A stretch of 64,000 nucleotides of DNA. Origin: Bilabrum cf. latius. Lineage: Eukaryota. The position numbers were made by a program, and so were the translations under genes. The notes under the pieces are model-generated. The model was given only the letters and a program-made list of their open reading frames with translations. It did not search any database and was not told the DNA's origin. The stretch lies in contig OZ237747.1 in the NCBI GenBank assembly GCA_965178125.1, forward strand, positions 1,054,001 to 1,118,000, written 5' to 3'. Shown piece by piece: positions 49,701-63,200 of the stretch. The stretch's first letter is position 1; each line of letters starts with the position of its first letter.

Positions 49701-51070
49701 CACAAGATGATGATTCAGTACGCCATCGGACGGATCCAGCCCCAGTTGCGGACTCGTCACCTGTTGAGCTTGAGGAAGATGGGTTGCCTCGTTTACCAAC
49801 TCTCGTCCGCGCAGACAGCGGCTTTCTTGGAGCCGAAGCAACCGGCGACAACCCGGGCTTGTTGGTGTCTGCGGCGGCATGGATAGCACCAGGACTCGGC
49901 ATTGGCATCGGCCCTCGTCGAACAAACTCATGGTCTTTGGCTGGCAGTGGGTCCGAGGTTGGATTCGCTGCAACAAGCACAGTCGATCTTCACAGCCCCG
50001 TGGCGTCCCAGACAGGAGAGGTTGCTCCCACTCCACGCGCAGACTCCCCTGGTAGCGGCTTGAGAATTCGAGCAAACCACTGCCAACCTCAACACTCTAC
50101 TCGCCGTTAGCTGAGTCCGCGTGCTGAGCTACTGTATGCAGGCGTATTGCGAGAAATACGCCACTAGAAGCAGAGCAAGCGTCCTGAAGCCTCGTAGACT
50201 GCATTGCACGGTGATTCTGGTGCCGGTCCTCAGGCTACGCACGAGGCTGCGGGGTCACCTGCACCACAGTCAAGTCCCAGGCGTAGCGCTGTTGGAAGCG
50301 TTGCCGTCGGAACGTCTACATCTGGGACCAGCTCAGGGAGCGATGCAAGGAGTAAGCGGAAGTCTGGCAGCAGAAATGGTCATGCAAGCCAACAAAGAGA
50401 CCTTCTTGACCCAGTAGACCCATCAAGGCAGATCAGCACCGGAGCCGCTCCCTCCGGCTGTACGTCGGGTCGAAATGGTGGTCAAAGCGGACCGCCGCGC
50501 AGGGTCACTAGTGGTCAAAGTGGACCGCTGCGCAGTGTCACTAGCCGACTAAGTCCACGACGAGCAGCCTCGCACATGAATTGTCGGTCTGAGCCAGAGC
50601 CGGAGCCGGAGTCCCGAGCCGAGAGCGGTAGCCAGGGTGGGAACCATCCTTTGACCGTTGATGCGTTCTTGGGTCCCTCTCACCACGGTCTACTGTCGCC
50701 CAGGGAGGCTCCTGCGCAGTCACATGTACCGCCCCAGTCGCAGTTGCCTGGGCCGGAGTTGTCCATCTCTGTGCCAGGCCAGGCACGTGCCTTTGGTGCC
50801 GCGCCTGGGCCGGAGTTGTCCATCTCTGTGCCAGGCCAGGCTCGTGCCTTGGGTGCTGCGCCTGGGGCAGCAGGGTAGGTCTAGTCGCAAAGCGGCGGAA
50901 ATGATGCAGATGCTGATGCGTAGGAGTGGGATGCCATCGACGCAGGCTAGGACGATGCGCTTGTTGTGCTGCCTGGTCGCATTCTAGCACAGCTGTTGGA
51001 AGCTCCAGGCAGTGAGTCAAGCGACATTGAGGATAGCAGCGAGGCAATCGACGACTTCGAAAGAGAGTGA
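46745..51070 (+). CDS. Pseudokinase module 3 plus low-complexity tail
   Basis: GVRELLLHGVIPTNLSPDTVLW, FLGLG*A, FAPEV, VAYQLGGLLYFVATG, LIEGLLHPDPKKR. One frame with only TAGs until TGA 51068-51070. Confidence 0.65.
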
Positions 51071-51899
51071 TATGACGCATTCTCGATGGTCCCATGGCAC
51101 ATTGCCTCAGACATTCCTATGACCATGCGTGGCTGGCCTCGCTGATGTGTGCAAACACGGACTTGCTGTTCCAGTTCCGAAGAGATAATGGGCGTCCATG
51201 ACCGGCTCGTGGAGTCCAGCCTGCCTGAATCCGGGACGATTCATGCTCTGATACCGCGGAGGAAAGCACCACCTTCTTCGTGCACAGTACTCCGGCCCAG
51301 ACAGCGCGTACGCAGGACTCCATGCCTCGCCAGACCACTTTGGCCGGTCTGCTCACAGGACATGTGTTTGTGCTGGTCAAAGCCAGCCTTCGCTGCGACA
51401 GCAGACTATTTGCTCGTGCGACCAGCCCCCCTTCGGAAGAACGCGACCTGCGAGCACGGGTTGGGGCCAGCTGGCCGATAGAGTGGAGCGGAGCGGGTTG
51501 GGACTTTCTTGGCGGCACCAACTTCAGAACGGCGAAGGGGGTGGGGCGTCGGGAGCCGCTGCCGAGGATTGGCGCCTGCGTGGATACGTGGGGTGCCATG
51601 GTACTATTTAGTAAACGCTATAATTTTTGCTCCGTCAATGGTCTCTGGTGACTGCTGGCGACCACTTCATTCACACATCGATCGCTGTTGCGACCACAGA
51701 CGTGACGATTACGATGGATAATCAGTGTGAAGATGCGGTGCAGTTGCACTTCGATTGCTGCGCTTTCCAACACCGTGCCCATCACAAGCTGGTACTGCCT
51801 GAGTAAATTCCACCAAATAAAAGTTAAATTCACATATCGATTCGATTGGACCTATCAATAGCAATGTTTAGGTCATTCCAATGCCCACGGCTGCTAGTT

Positions 51900-54800
51900 G
51901 CGATTGGCTGGGTACCTGGACGAGGCAGCAGACGGTTGATCATTTGAAGGGCTTCCGGATTTCACCTGAATTTTATTCATTTCAATGCCACACGTAGGGA
52001 GTTCTTGCTGCACATGGATCGCGCATTTTGCCTCCCAGTGGGACGTCTGTGCCACCGTTCGTTCAGCTTCGCCTGTTTCCATTCACTGATTAGTCTCAGT
52101 CCAAAGTAGAAGCCAGGATTTAGTAGCAGGAATTCGATAAACAGAACGAAATTAATGGGCATACTGATGCATCGAACGTGTAGGATGTGATATATGCCGG
52201 GCTCATGAGCAGATCGCTGGTTGTCTCTGTGCCAACTGTGGCTAAGGCAATCGATACTGGGTTGTGCGGAAGCATGATGAAGGCAGCATCCCTCAACAAC
52301 GACGTAGTATTCGCAGTTCTCGATGACTCTGGAGTCCCACTGCGAAGGATGGGTCTAAGCGGCAGTTCAGACGGGTGGTCATGCATTTTGGTGTTCGAAA
52401 GGGTGTGCTTAATGAAGTATACCCCACCAATTTATCACACACGACAGTGCTTTGGTATTGCGATAAAAGAGACATTGTGTTAACATGCCTGGGCCAGGCC
52501 ACACAGGAAGCTAGGGACGTTCAACTTGAGTTCTTAGAAGATGAGGGCTACGACAGTGAGTCGCCGCCCGTCGCACAGCTCCGATAGGAAGATGCAAAAG
52601 TAACAGCTGGACCGGGTCTGGCTCCACCACCCGCGTCTACGCCGACGCGAAGCCTGCCCTGTGGGCGACTAGGACTCATGAGACGGTCAGATGCCTTGTA
52701 GATCCTTATTTGTGGCCTGATAGATCAAAATTCGGCTAGAAGACTCAGCGTATGCCGAGCCACGAGGCAGCTGGAGCGACTGCTCAAGCAGTATGAGAAG
52801 TGCCTCTTTGACCCGTGCGGGCTCCTCTTAGCCCCCCCGACGCATTCAATTCGCGTCAGAGGTCGCAGACCCCAGGACAAAAGTGCAGGTAGAAAGCGAA
52901 GGGATGGCAAGAGTGCCGACGCATGCATGCCGGGGAAGAGCCCGGCAGCCAGCGGGGCTAGAGACAGCTTATCGAATCCAAGCATAAATGCTAGTAGAGG
53001 AAGGCAAAGTGCATTATCTTCAATGGGCATCCCTCAACAGCGCTTGAGATAGCACATCGTCCCTGACGTAGGCCACCAACGTGCGGCGCTGCACAGGTCT
53101 TTGTCGGCTACTGCGTGGCCTGGTGAGGCTCAACGTGTGGCGCTGCGACCTGCCATCCAGGGAGACGGATCTTAGCTGGCTACAGCCAGGTCGTTCAATC
53201 GGGCAGGTAGGTCAAGAAGGCCATTACTCAGTTTTCGACACGAAGCACGCAGGTCACAAACCCCGTTTCCTGAAGGCGGGTCCAGCTTCGGAGAGGTTGC
53301 AAGGGAAGATGGCAGCGAAAGCGGTGGACGGTTTGCTAGCGACTTGGATAGAATGGCGGTTGGTGGCAGCTCGGTGGCATGCTTTGATGCTTTAACAATT
53401 GACATGCCAGAGTGCCGTCAACAAGCAGTGTTGCTGAACGGCCTTCTTTCGCTGCACGGTGACAACGTGCCACAAGCCAGCCCTGACAATATTGGCAGCC
53501 CGATCGAAGACATTTGGTCTGGTAGCGAGTCAAACTCTGACCAGGAGGACGTTTAGACATCAATTGAGAGGCGATGCACCGTTCAAGTCTCTGAGGACGG
53601 GCCTAGAATGCCCACCAAGCTCCAGACCTGCCCTACGCGCAGCTAGCCGGACAGGGATTCACCTATGGCTCCGGATGTCAGCTGCGGCACGATCGAGGGG
53701 ACAAGCACCAGTCCATCGTATTTGCGCGGGCATGATGTGTTGGTAGTATCCGATGTGGACTGGGTAGGAGGCCTCCAAGGTGAAGCAACACCGGGTTCGT
53801 ATGTTGGAACCGGACCGCCGGATGACGCGAACTGCGAAGTGTCAGGCCGTGCAGGTGCTGATGCCCAGGGTGACCTGTACCGCGATACCGCACAACGGTA
53901 GCAAGGAATGCCAACTAATGGCCAGCTAGATGACTAGGTATTCTAGCAGGTGCATGGGCCAGTGCCAGTGTCCTGGTATGTCAAATAGACCCGAGCACAG
54001 GGGTGCTGTAAGGGCGAGGCATCATTGATGGCACTACCTCAGTTCAAAAGGATTCCAATGCCTATTACCGGCCAGCGCAAACACCACAACTATAAAAAGA
54101 GCAGTCAAGACCAAAAAATGCTGATTAAAATGCAGGAAAGGTATTGCTGGTTGAGTCAGCGATGGGAGCATCCGTCCGGCGGGAGGGTCGAGTCCCCTGG
54201 ATCTAGCTCGGGAACTGGCTGCAACGGGTTGGCCGGGCAAGCTAGTGACGGTGCTGATACTAGGGGTGTAAATGATAGTGCGACGTCAAAAGTAGCAGCT
54301 ACAGGCAAAAACACGGGTCCTTTTCATGCAATAGCTGCGGGAATAGATGAAGAGAATGACTAGGATCATTGGCCTGACGATGTGCTTGATGGTGTACCTA
54401 TCGTGTCCGAAACAGACGGTGAGCTTTTCGGTAGGCATTTTGATTCAAGCAATTCCAGCAATACAGAATGGACATGTGTGTCCATACCAGGCACGGAGCT
54501 TGTCCGACTTGCGCAAAGAATGCCGATGGCGCTGCTGAGTGTGGAGCGTGTAGATGGTCAGGTAGGCCCATACGAGTTGCCCGACTTGGGTGATCCGTTG
54601 GAGCACGCCGATCCAATTGCGTCAGGCTTCCTTGACTCAAGCTAGTAGACTGACGCTGGCTACACCGACTTTGTGGCATGGCCTGTGAGCGGGGCGGTTT
54701 AGCTCGGTGTACAGCTCGTGGGAGGGCCGCCGCCCATCGCCAGGCAATACACTGGGAACTCAGACGACAGCCACGGGTCGAACAGCTACCCAGCTAGCAC

Positions 54801-55838
54801 CGTTTTGGATCTGTCTGTTTTAGAGCCACCGGAACGGGGTCCATGGAGAAGCCGCCCCGCAGAACTCGCAGCCATGTGGCAATTGGGGCAGCCACAAAAC
54901 CCCTCTGCTCAGAATGCCCAGGAAAGCGAGCCTTCGTTTGGGCAGTTGTGTCGCTAGCGGATGCGCCGCAATGCCTCACTGCTATCTGTGGGTGCTAAGT
55001 TGCTGCCATGGGCACTCAAAGCGAGCTCGGACTCTGGGTCAGAGACCCGACCAGAATCAGGCACGCTGCAAGGGTTGGCACCCAGTACTAGGCCTAGGTC
55101 GGGATCAGGATCGACGTCAGGGTCAGAATCTAGCAGAGGTAGCTGGTTTCACGAAGGTGGTGCGTTATAGCCCCAGCAGCTATCCTGGACAGCGCTGCAA
55201 ATGGCGAGGATTAGCGTCCCAACGAATATACAGGACTGTCCATGGCCGCGCCAGGGATGCCCATATGGTCTCACGATCAACAGGATGGAGCTGCTTGGTA
55301 CGATCCCGATGATCGACACGGTGGTAGTGGTATAAGCACCACTGATGGACTTAGAACCGGCGTTGAGCTAGCGGGCGGCGCGGCAAGGGGTGGGACAGGT
55401 AGCGCACGGACTCTCGAGGCACGGGAAGTAGATCACCATGTGGGGCACAATGAGGCTGGCATATCCTGCAATGAAGATGCAAGAGCTGCCTTTCTGGGAC
55501 CTTAGTCGCATGGCATCTTGTCCCCTCGGTGGGATCCACAGGAACTGCTCCCAGCTGCTGCCAGTGGCGACGCAATCGAGCAGGCCGGCAGGAGCGAGTC
55601 AGCAAGCCGGCAGGCTGATAGTGTGCGCGGAGATTGCGACGCTTGCAGCATGCCGCTGCATGCGGCGCTCACTATGCTACTGGCACAACTCGAACCGGCA
55701 AGCAGTGAGGTACATTTGAGCACTGAAAGCACTGCACGCTCCGATGCGTCTGGTGACGGCACTTAGTCGGAGCCAGGCAGCGGTGGCGACTCTGGGCCTA
55801 GTAGTCGAGGCGGCAACTCAGGACCGAGCGACAGAACG
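51900..55838 (+). pseudogene. Degenerate pseudokinase module 4 (positional paralogue of module 2)
   Basis: GVRKGVLNEVYPTNLSHTTVLW, LTCLGQA, L*ILICGLIDQNSARRL. Frameshifts near 52370 and 55200. The APE-QLG segment appears deleted. Confidence 0.5.
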
Positions 55839-56039
55839 TGAATTATGTATATTGAAGTGAAGACGATGTGCCCCCGCGCGCCAACAGGCCCCATGTACGT
55901 GCGACCAGGTCTCGTCCAGAGAGACGATACCTGCGAGCATGGGTTGGGCCTGCTGGCGCGCAATTGTGGCAGCAAATTACTCGATTGATGTTGCTGGAAT
56001 GATTGGCTTATATGAACCAATACTAGTTTAACATTTTAC

Positions 56040-59000
56040 TGGGCAGCCGCTTCGAAGTATGCGAGGAAGTGGACTGGATGCGAAGTATGCTCTGATGGCC
56101 GCGCAAGTGCTAGCCCTCGGGGTTGAAAAGTTGGTGCTGCATGGGGTCCTTCCAACAAAATTATCATCTGACACCGTATTTTGGCATTCATTTCATCGAT
56201 AGTTTGTGTAAAGTTACACTGTAAACTGGGCTTGGGCAGGCACTTTGTGTTGAGTCAAGCACTCCGTGGCTCCCAAAGCAGAGGCCTGGTCGCATTGCCG
56301 ACATTCAACCCTATCTGAAGGCTGTTCATGCAGAAGCAAACCGCGTCACACTTTCTTGGTTGCTAGAACATGGTATTGTCGCGCGGCACGGCAAATTGCC
56401 TTCGAGCTTTGCCCCCGAGGTTAGGGAAGCGCACGCAGCTGCTAACGGTGTTGTTTCAGTGTCTCTATCGGCTGTATCCTCTCGACTGGGAAAGAACTTG
56501 GCTTATTAATTGGGACGATTGCTCTTTTTCATTGCTACGGGTGTGGAACTTGGCGATGAAAAGCCTCACGGATCCAAGCTGGGACCTGAACCTGCAGGCA
56601 CACGCGCAAGCGCAGGTGCGGCTGGGCAAGTGGCGGTGGGGACGAATCTTCAAGCCGAAAGGCCCCCCCCGGGCCATCAACAAAAGCTGCTGGATCCACA
56701 GCCACGGCAGCCCACGGCCCTGTCGCCGACCTAAAGCGTGGACCAAAGAAAGTGCAATGGCTCATCGCTGGGTTGCTGCGTGCCGACCCACGCAACAGGA
56801 CAAATGTGCTGGAGGCAACTCAAGTACTCGAAGATATCATTCAGACAGAGCCAAGGGTCAATCATTAGACTCCTCTCTTTCGATCATTTTCATTAGTCCA
56901 TGACGCGGCCAATCCGAGCATAGGCATTCCAAAGCTAGGGAGTGAGCCTAGCAGCTGCCCTGCCCGGATCGGTCCCCTGGATCGCCTTAATCGCTTGTGC
57001 GACAAAGATACGGCGCCATTTCGATCACCAATCCCTGATCTAGTGGTAGGACTAGCACGACCATCTTCCCCCGTGGCTAAAGGCCCAAGTGCGGTCGGCC
57101 TTGTAAAGCAGGCAGTCACCGGACCTCGCTCCGAAGCGGACCCCATGGACTGGGCGGTGGCTGCATCGTCAGCGCCACGAAGTTTCCCAAGCAGTGGCGC
57201 GGGCGACTTGGGTGAGCAAATGCTCGGACGGGGAAGCGGTCGCTCAACTGCGAGGCACTCCACTGAGACAGCGGCAGCGCCGGACATGGCGCGGGGTACA
57301 TTGGTCCTATCGGACAGCACCGCTGAGGGACCCGCCGACGCAGTAGAGCGCATCAGATTCGACCTGCAGCTCGAAGCTGTGACCAGCACGATTCCGAGGA
57401 CGCGGTCAGGATCGCTCCCGCTTCAGGCAGGGCTTCGAGTATTGAGGGCGAGCAGGCGGGGGCAGGGATCTGGCCTGCCTCCCTCCAGCGCTGGGGACTC
57501 CGCCTAGCCCGGAGATCACGGCTCTCGACGAGCACGTGAGGTTGCATTCTGGCGCCCGAAAGTTAGGCTCGACGATCGATGATCGGAACAAAGAAGTACC
57601 ATCTGGCGCGTCTTCTCATCCTGATTCCCCTTGTGTCTCGATCGGCAGCCCGTAGGGCACACCAAAGCAACCACTCATGACCCCGAGATTGAGCTTTACT
57701 CGCAGTGAGGGCGGCCCTGCTCCCATGGGAGGATAGTTGCACCGAGAGACGAGCTGGAGGCACGGTGATCGTGCTGTTGATACAGCAGATAGGATTGAAG
57801 AAGAGGGCGGTGAGGACGGCGAGGAGGACGGAGTCGATCGAAGCGTTCTGGTTCCACAACCAGATCAGTCTGATAGATATCCTCAATCTATCCAGTGAAA
57901 CGCCGGTGATTCCCACCATGTAACTACAAGTAGGAGTTCTTTGTCCTCTCATGTCTAGGCTGTAGTTCCCGCTGGTGGTGTCCGTGCGGCAGGTTCGCCC
58001 TCAAGCGATGGGACCGGACAGCTACTAGCGAGCATAGCTCGGCCTACCTTAGACATAGGAGCGGCGTAGTCTTCGACGGTGCTGGATTGGGCATGCAGTG
58101 GCCTGCACCGTGAACACCCGCAAGCTGCTGCTATTCGAGACATCCTTGGCGGCTTTTGCCGCGGTGTTCGTCCTGGGGATTTGCAGGCCAAAGTGCAGCA
58201 GGATTTGGTCTCAGCCGTAGACAGATGGCCCCGGCTGCCGACCCTTGTCTTCGTAGAAACATTTTGAGTTATTTTGGCCAGGACTTAGCAACTGGAGGAG
58301 CTGACCATGGTAGTAGCGGCCATGCGGACCTGTCAGTATCGGCGGCAGCTTGGGCTCCTGTTGGACGACGAGCAGTCAATCGTGCTTCGTTGGCAAGCAT
58401 TACATCTATGCTAGGCCGAGGAGCTGCAAGCACAGTAGACACTGGCAGCCCAGTTGTGTCACGTGGGGGAGGTGTGAGCCCCACTCCGCGCGCTCATTCC
58501 CCGGAGAACATCTTGAGAAACCACTCTTCGGGGTCGCGTCACTCCAGCGCCTGAGGACATCTGAGCCCACGCGTGGTATTTCAGCAGGCGAGCGTGGTGG
58601 ACGAAGTCAGGCATTCGCATCGACGATCGTCACGGCAAATCTCTTTCTTCTAGACTTCGTTACGGGAGGCCCCTGTCTCGCGAGCTGGCCCGTCGTCACC
58701 GCTGCGTGCACAGTGCGGCAGCGCCGGTGGAACAGCCGGTCTTGCGTCTGGTCAGAGACACCACCAGACGCATGTCGGAGGCTTTACCGGGTAGTAGCGC
58801 CGGATAGCGCCTGCGGACCGTGAGCCGCCCAGCAGCCTTGCCCCTATCAACCCTGCAAGGGAGATCAGTATCGGTGGAGGCTCTTCTGCTGGTGCACAGG
58901 GTTAGGCTGTGCAGCTCAGTCAAGGTTGCATCGACACTCCCAGTACCCGAAATGGGCCAGGTGGGCCACTGCCAGCGCAAGGCAGTCACATTGCAAGCAG

Positions 59001-59330
59001 CGCCCAACGCCAAACCGCCGACTCGACCCCGAGCCCTTCCAGCCCCGGGATATTGTCGCCTCGGTGGCCGCCAGCACAGCAGCATGCTCCCATGCATTCA
59101 GCGGTAAAACCGAGTATGGACGTGCCAGTGCCACGTCTTGGGGAAGACAATGCAGACACTGCTGCGGGCCCATCACACGCGGTGTAGGCCTAGCAGGGGC
59201 GTGGCAATCGCGATGATGCAGAGGCCAGCGCGGAGGAATGGCGCGTTGCTGCTGAGAGCTTGGAGGCCCCTGCCAGTGCTTGCATCCTGCCTGACGCTGT
59301 GTTAGCGCAGCTGTTGCCATGGAGGACGGA
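56040..59330 (+). pseudogene. Degenerate pseudokinase module 5 (paralogue of module 3)
   Basis: GVEKLVLHGVLPTKLSSDTVFW, FAPEVRE, NLAY(TAA)LGRLLFFIATG, LIAGLLRADPRNR. N-lobe missing, small insertion at ~56207-56227, TAA at 56507, frameshift at a C8 run near 56663-56670. Confidence 0.58.
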
Positions 59331-60281
59331 TAGCGAGACGGGCAATTATAGTGAAGATGAGGATACCGGTCATGCTTGATGACCCCTTAATCTCCAAAAC
59401 CCCTGCGTGGATCTACCGAGTTCCTCGATTACGACATCTGCATGGAGGGAAACGTATACTCTATTGGAATCTTTTCACCCGTCAGGGTCAAGCGCCATCC
59501 GGATTCCGGATTGCGTTACAGGAGCCCAATTTGGATCCCGATCCGGATAAGGGGTATCTACTGGATTTTATACCGAGCAACGATCTCATGGAAAGCATTG
59601 GAATACTGATCACCTTGATATTACGGGCGTTCATACTACTCTTTCCTAAGCAAAACCTTTCGAATCGTCGGTGAACCATCCGGTTACTTTGGCCATACAG
59701 TCACAACTTGCAACTCTAAGCCTACCATACAATAGTATGCATACCACCCTGGCTTCTATGGTCGCTAGCATTGTATGCTACCACTCGCTGACCTTGCTGC
59801 CCCCTGTTTCGGGTCCTTAGTGATCAACAAAGAGGCTTCTTACCACATGTTGTACACAGCACCACGGAGACCTAGTTTTCGAGCCCGCTGCCAGTGTCTC
59901 TATCACCCTCAACCAGCCAATGAAGGGCTTCTCAATACCTTTGAAGTTCGAAGTGAGCGCACAGAAGCATCTGATCGTACATGTCGTGTCGATCCTGCCA
60001 TCAGGTGGATCTTGGTAGCTTGCGGAACTTCCGTGATATTGTGCGCGGCGACAAGCCGCACAATTCTTTGCAGGCGAGACTGCAGCATAGTTGATCAGCT
60101 GAAGCGTTCAAAGGCCTCACTAGTGTTTTATCTTGTATTGACATTTCACGCAGATTTAGTAGTGTGCAGTCAGCCGGTTTGCTGCTAATCATCGCTTTTA
60201 CAGAGTAGTCGTTCGACTGTCTCCTGCAGTAATCCGCGCAAGGGCTCTTACAAAGATCGAGATCACAGCTCATTCATTTAA

Positions 60282-63200
60282 GTCGGTGATTCTCGGTTTG
60301 AAGACACGGATATAGTTCGTAGGTTGATTCAACAGCTCGGGACAACAGCTCGATTCTACGACTGTAGTGCTACTGTAATGACCAGAGCAACAAAAAGCGA
60401 ACCTGGATACGCAGTGCGAGTGATTTGCTTTTTGGCAATCATATTAGCCGTGTTCTCGGTAATATCACTACCGAGCCAAGGATTGATCGTGCAAAAATCT
60501 CAGTAGGATACACTGCAGACTTTCTGCGTTCCCGGAATCAAGAGATGGTTGGTCATGAAAACTAGCCACAGTAACGCAACCTGGCACCTACGTTTCGTAG
60601 AGAGAACTGACTTTGGGTTCTTGTTTGCGAGAGCCCTGGTGAATTCAAGCGCTGAGGCGCATCGCTTGGTCAGGGATTCATCGAGCAGCCTTGCCGAGCA
60701 CGTATACCGTGCTACAGGTGGCAACATCAATATATATGGTTCAGAACTTGGAAATCTATCTGTGTGGATATATCCGGTACCTCAGTATGACGGAGAGCAC
60801 GTGTCTATTGTGGGTAGCGAAGCAGGACAGCTGAGATGCGAAGAGCTGCCAGTGTGCTTAAATTATGACCGCATCGAGACTTGCTCCGAAGTAAAAGGTG
60901 CCCGTGAAAATAGTTGGGTAGAAACGTCGGGCATGATGCGTACTTTAGCCGTAGGCGCTGCACTCTAGTCGATTCCAACGCTGCTCGGTGTTCTCGTTGC
61001 GCTGGCAGCACACCGCCGCAGTAATTCTTGCAGGGCGAATGCAACGTCCTGCGAAACTCGTTGCGAGTATGCAGTGGTATTTGTCCTTCATATATGTGCC
61101 ATGAGTGGTGTTGTATGGTCGTACGCACATGTGCCTCGTCTTTGGACCCGCAACCATGCTGTGGCATGGTAGCATATGTCCTTTATTGAGTTCCAATGGC
61201 TACTCGCCAGCGCTACCCCCGATCTCCACGTCAATTTGTTCCTGTTTTTGTTCCAACGGACCGGCATGCTCGCAACGACACCAGTGCAGGTGGCATTACT
61301 GCTGTACTCATTGGGCCCATGCATGCAAGGCAGTAGCTGCTATTCTAGCATTCGCGCAAGTTGCGAGGACAATGAGGAGACTAGTGCGCAGCATCCATGT
61401 GCCAGCATTAGCAGCATGAAGCGCGAGCTTAGCAGCGAACTCTAGACCCCACTGCTACACACGTAGTACGCAACACTGCCAAACGCTCGGCTTGGTGCGT
61501 CCTGTCCGTCCACTGCAGAGATGGGATCCAAATCGCGGCGGCACGGTGCTTAGGCCCGCACATGGGATACACGGCTGCGTGGCTATGATATAGAGCAAGG
61601 TAAATAGGGCTATAGCATTTGCCACGTCCAAATATATGGAGATGAACAGCGTGGCGCTGCCGGTGTACCTAACCTTGTGACAAACCAGACAGCAGAGCGA
61701 GGCCGGATCAACGGTGTGTCGTTCAGTGGAGAATCTCGCAGTTGGTTTGGATCTATTTTCTCAGATGCTACTTTATTTGACTGTCGTTCGGATGAAACTG
61801 ACTCCGCTTCAGATTTGGATTCTTTGACATCCTTTGCGGAGCTGGAGCTGGAGCCGGATGCGGCGCGGTGGATGCGGCCTAGAGCGGCTACAATCAATCC
61901 GCAAACACGGAAAAGAGCAGATTACTACTCAAGCTAGTAGGCGCATACTCAATCTGATTGTAATAGACCCGTAGCAGGTCAGCTACCAGGAAGGAGCTCC
62001 TCATGCTTGGACGGACGCATTTGCTCACTACTCGATGAGCTGCCAAGCACGGCACCAACGCCAGGATAGCGACTAGCTGCACAAGATTCGGATGAAATTG
62101 ACGTTGAATCAAGGTATTTCACATACTTACAAGCGTCGAGTCCCCTTCCGTCGCTTCTACTTGCCGAATCACAACCCACAGATGAGTCAGACGACGAGAT
62201 GCCTCAGTGGGAAAGGCTCCCAGAGGACCACCCCGACAACGACATCCCGCTGGATGCATGGATACCCCAGCTGGGGATGGCTGTGGGTCAGCGCCAGGAG
62301 GTCGGGGAGGCCACCTGGGGCAATACCGAGTCAGACGGAGATGGCACCGTCACTGTGGTCGACTCCGAGTGCTCTGAGCGAGCATCCGAATTGCTTGGCC
62401 GGGATATACCGCCGCAGAAACCTAGCAAGCCACACACAAGGCCTCGCTCCGCCGAAGTTCTAGATTGGTGCACTCCCCGTGGCAAAGGCATGAATACACG
62501 GCGAGTACGCTACTCGAGCTCCCCTGACCTCGAAGCCGGCGTCGACGGCATGGCCCACGACAGCAGTATCTGCGACGACAGCTCTGTGTTGTCGTTCGGT
62601 AAGGCCCAGCTTCGCAGCGAATGGGACGTCGCTCGAATGGATCCCACCGTGGGTGACCTGCCGCCGGACATATTCGAGCAGGCCTACCGGCATCATGACG
62701 ACCTGCGCGCCTCTGCTGAGAGAGTGACGGACCCTGAAGAAGAGCTGGAGACCCCTGCTGGCAGCATGGCTGAGCAGGGGTGGCTGTTGCGAGAGGACGC
62801 CATGCCGCTGCCTGACGCGCGCGATGTGGGGCCCTCAGCCGCGCTTTCTGCTCATGAGGATATTGCGCATCAGCTTGCGTCTCAGCTAGGACGCGGTATG
62901 TCGCTGGGGGACGACGAGCACGATGATTGGGACGATGATTTCGAAGACGAGTTCGGAATGTCGCCGTGGGCGCTCGACAGGACGCACCTGGCGCATCGTC
63001 CCACTGGCACGCACTCTGGCGCAGTCTCTTCGGCACCTCCCGCAAGGTGGCGAGACTGGCAATCGCAACCAACGAGTGATTCACCTACTACTAGTAGCGG
63101 CGAGGAATTGGTGCAAGATTCGGCCCTGCCATCTCTGCCGGGCTTGTCCGGGAGAGCTGCACTGAGGCCAGCAGAGCACTTCCTGCGTGCCTCCCTCCCG

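Noticed and set aside
41770-50870. Short coding repeats (36-bp x ~3 at ~41820-41920; 57-bp x 2 at ~50746-50866)
   Set aside because: Real, but ordinary slippage repeats in low-complexity tails and not separately informative.
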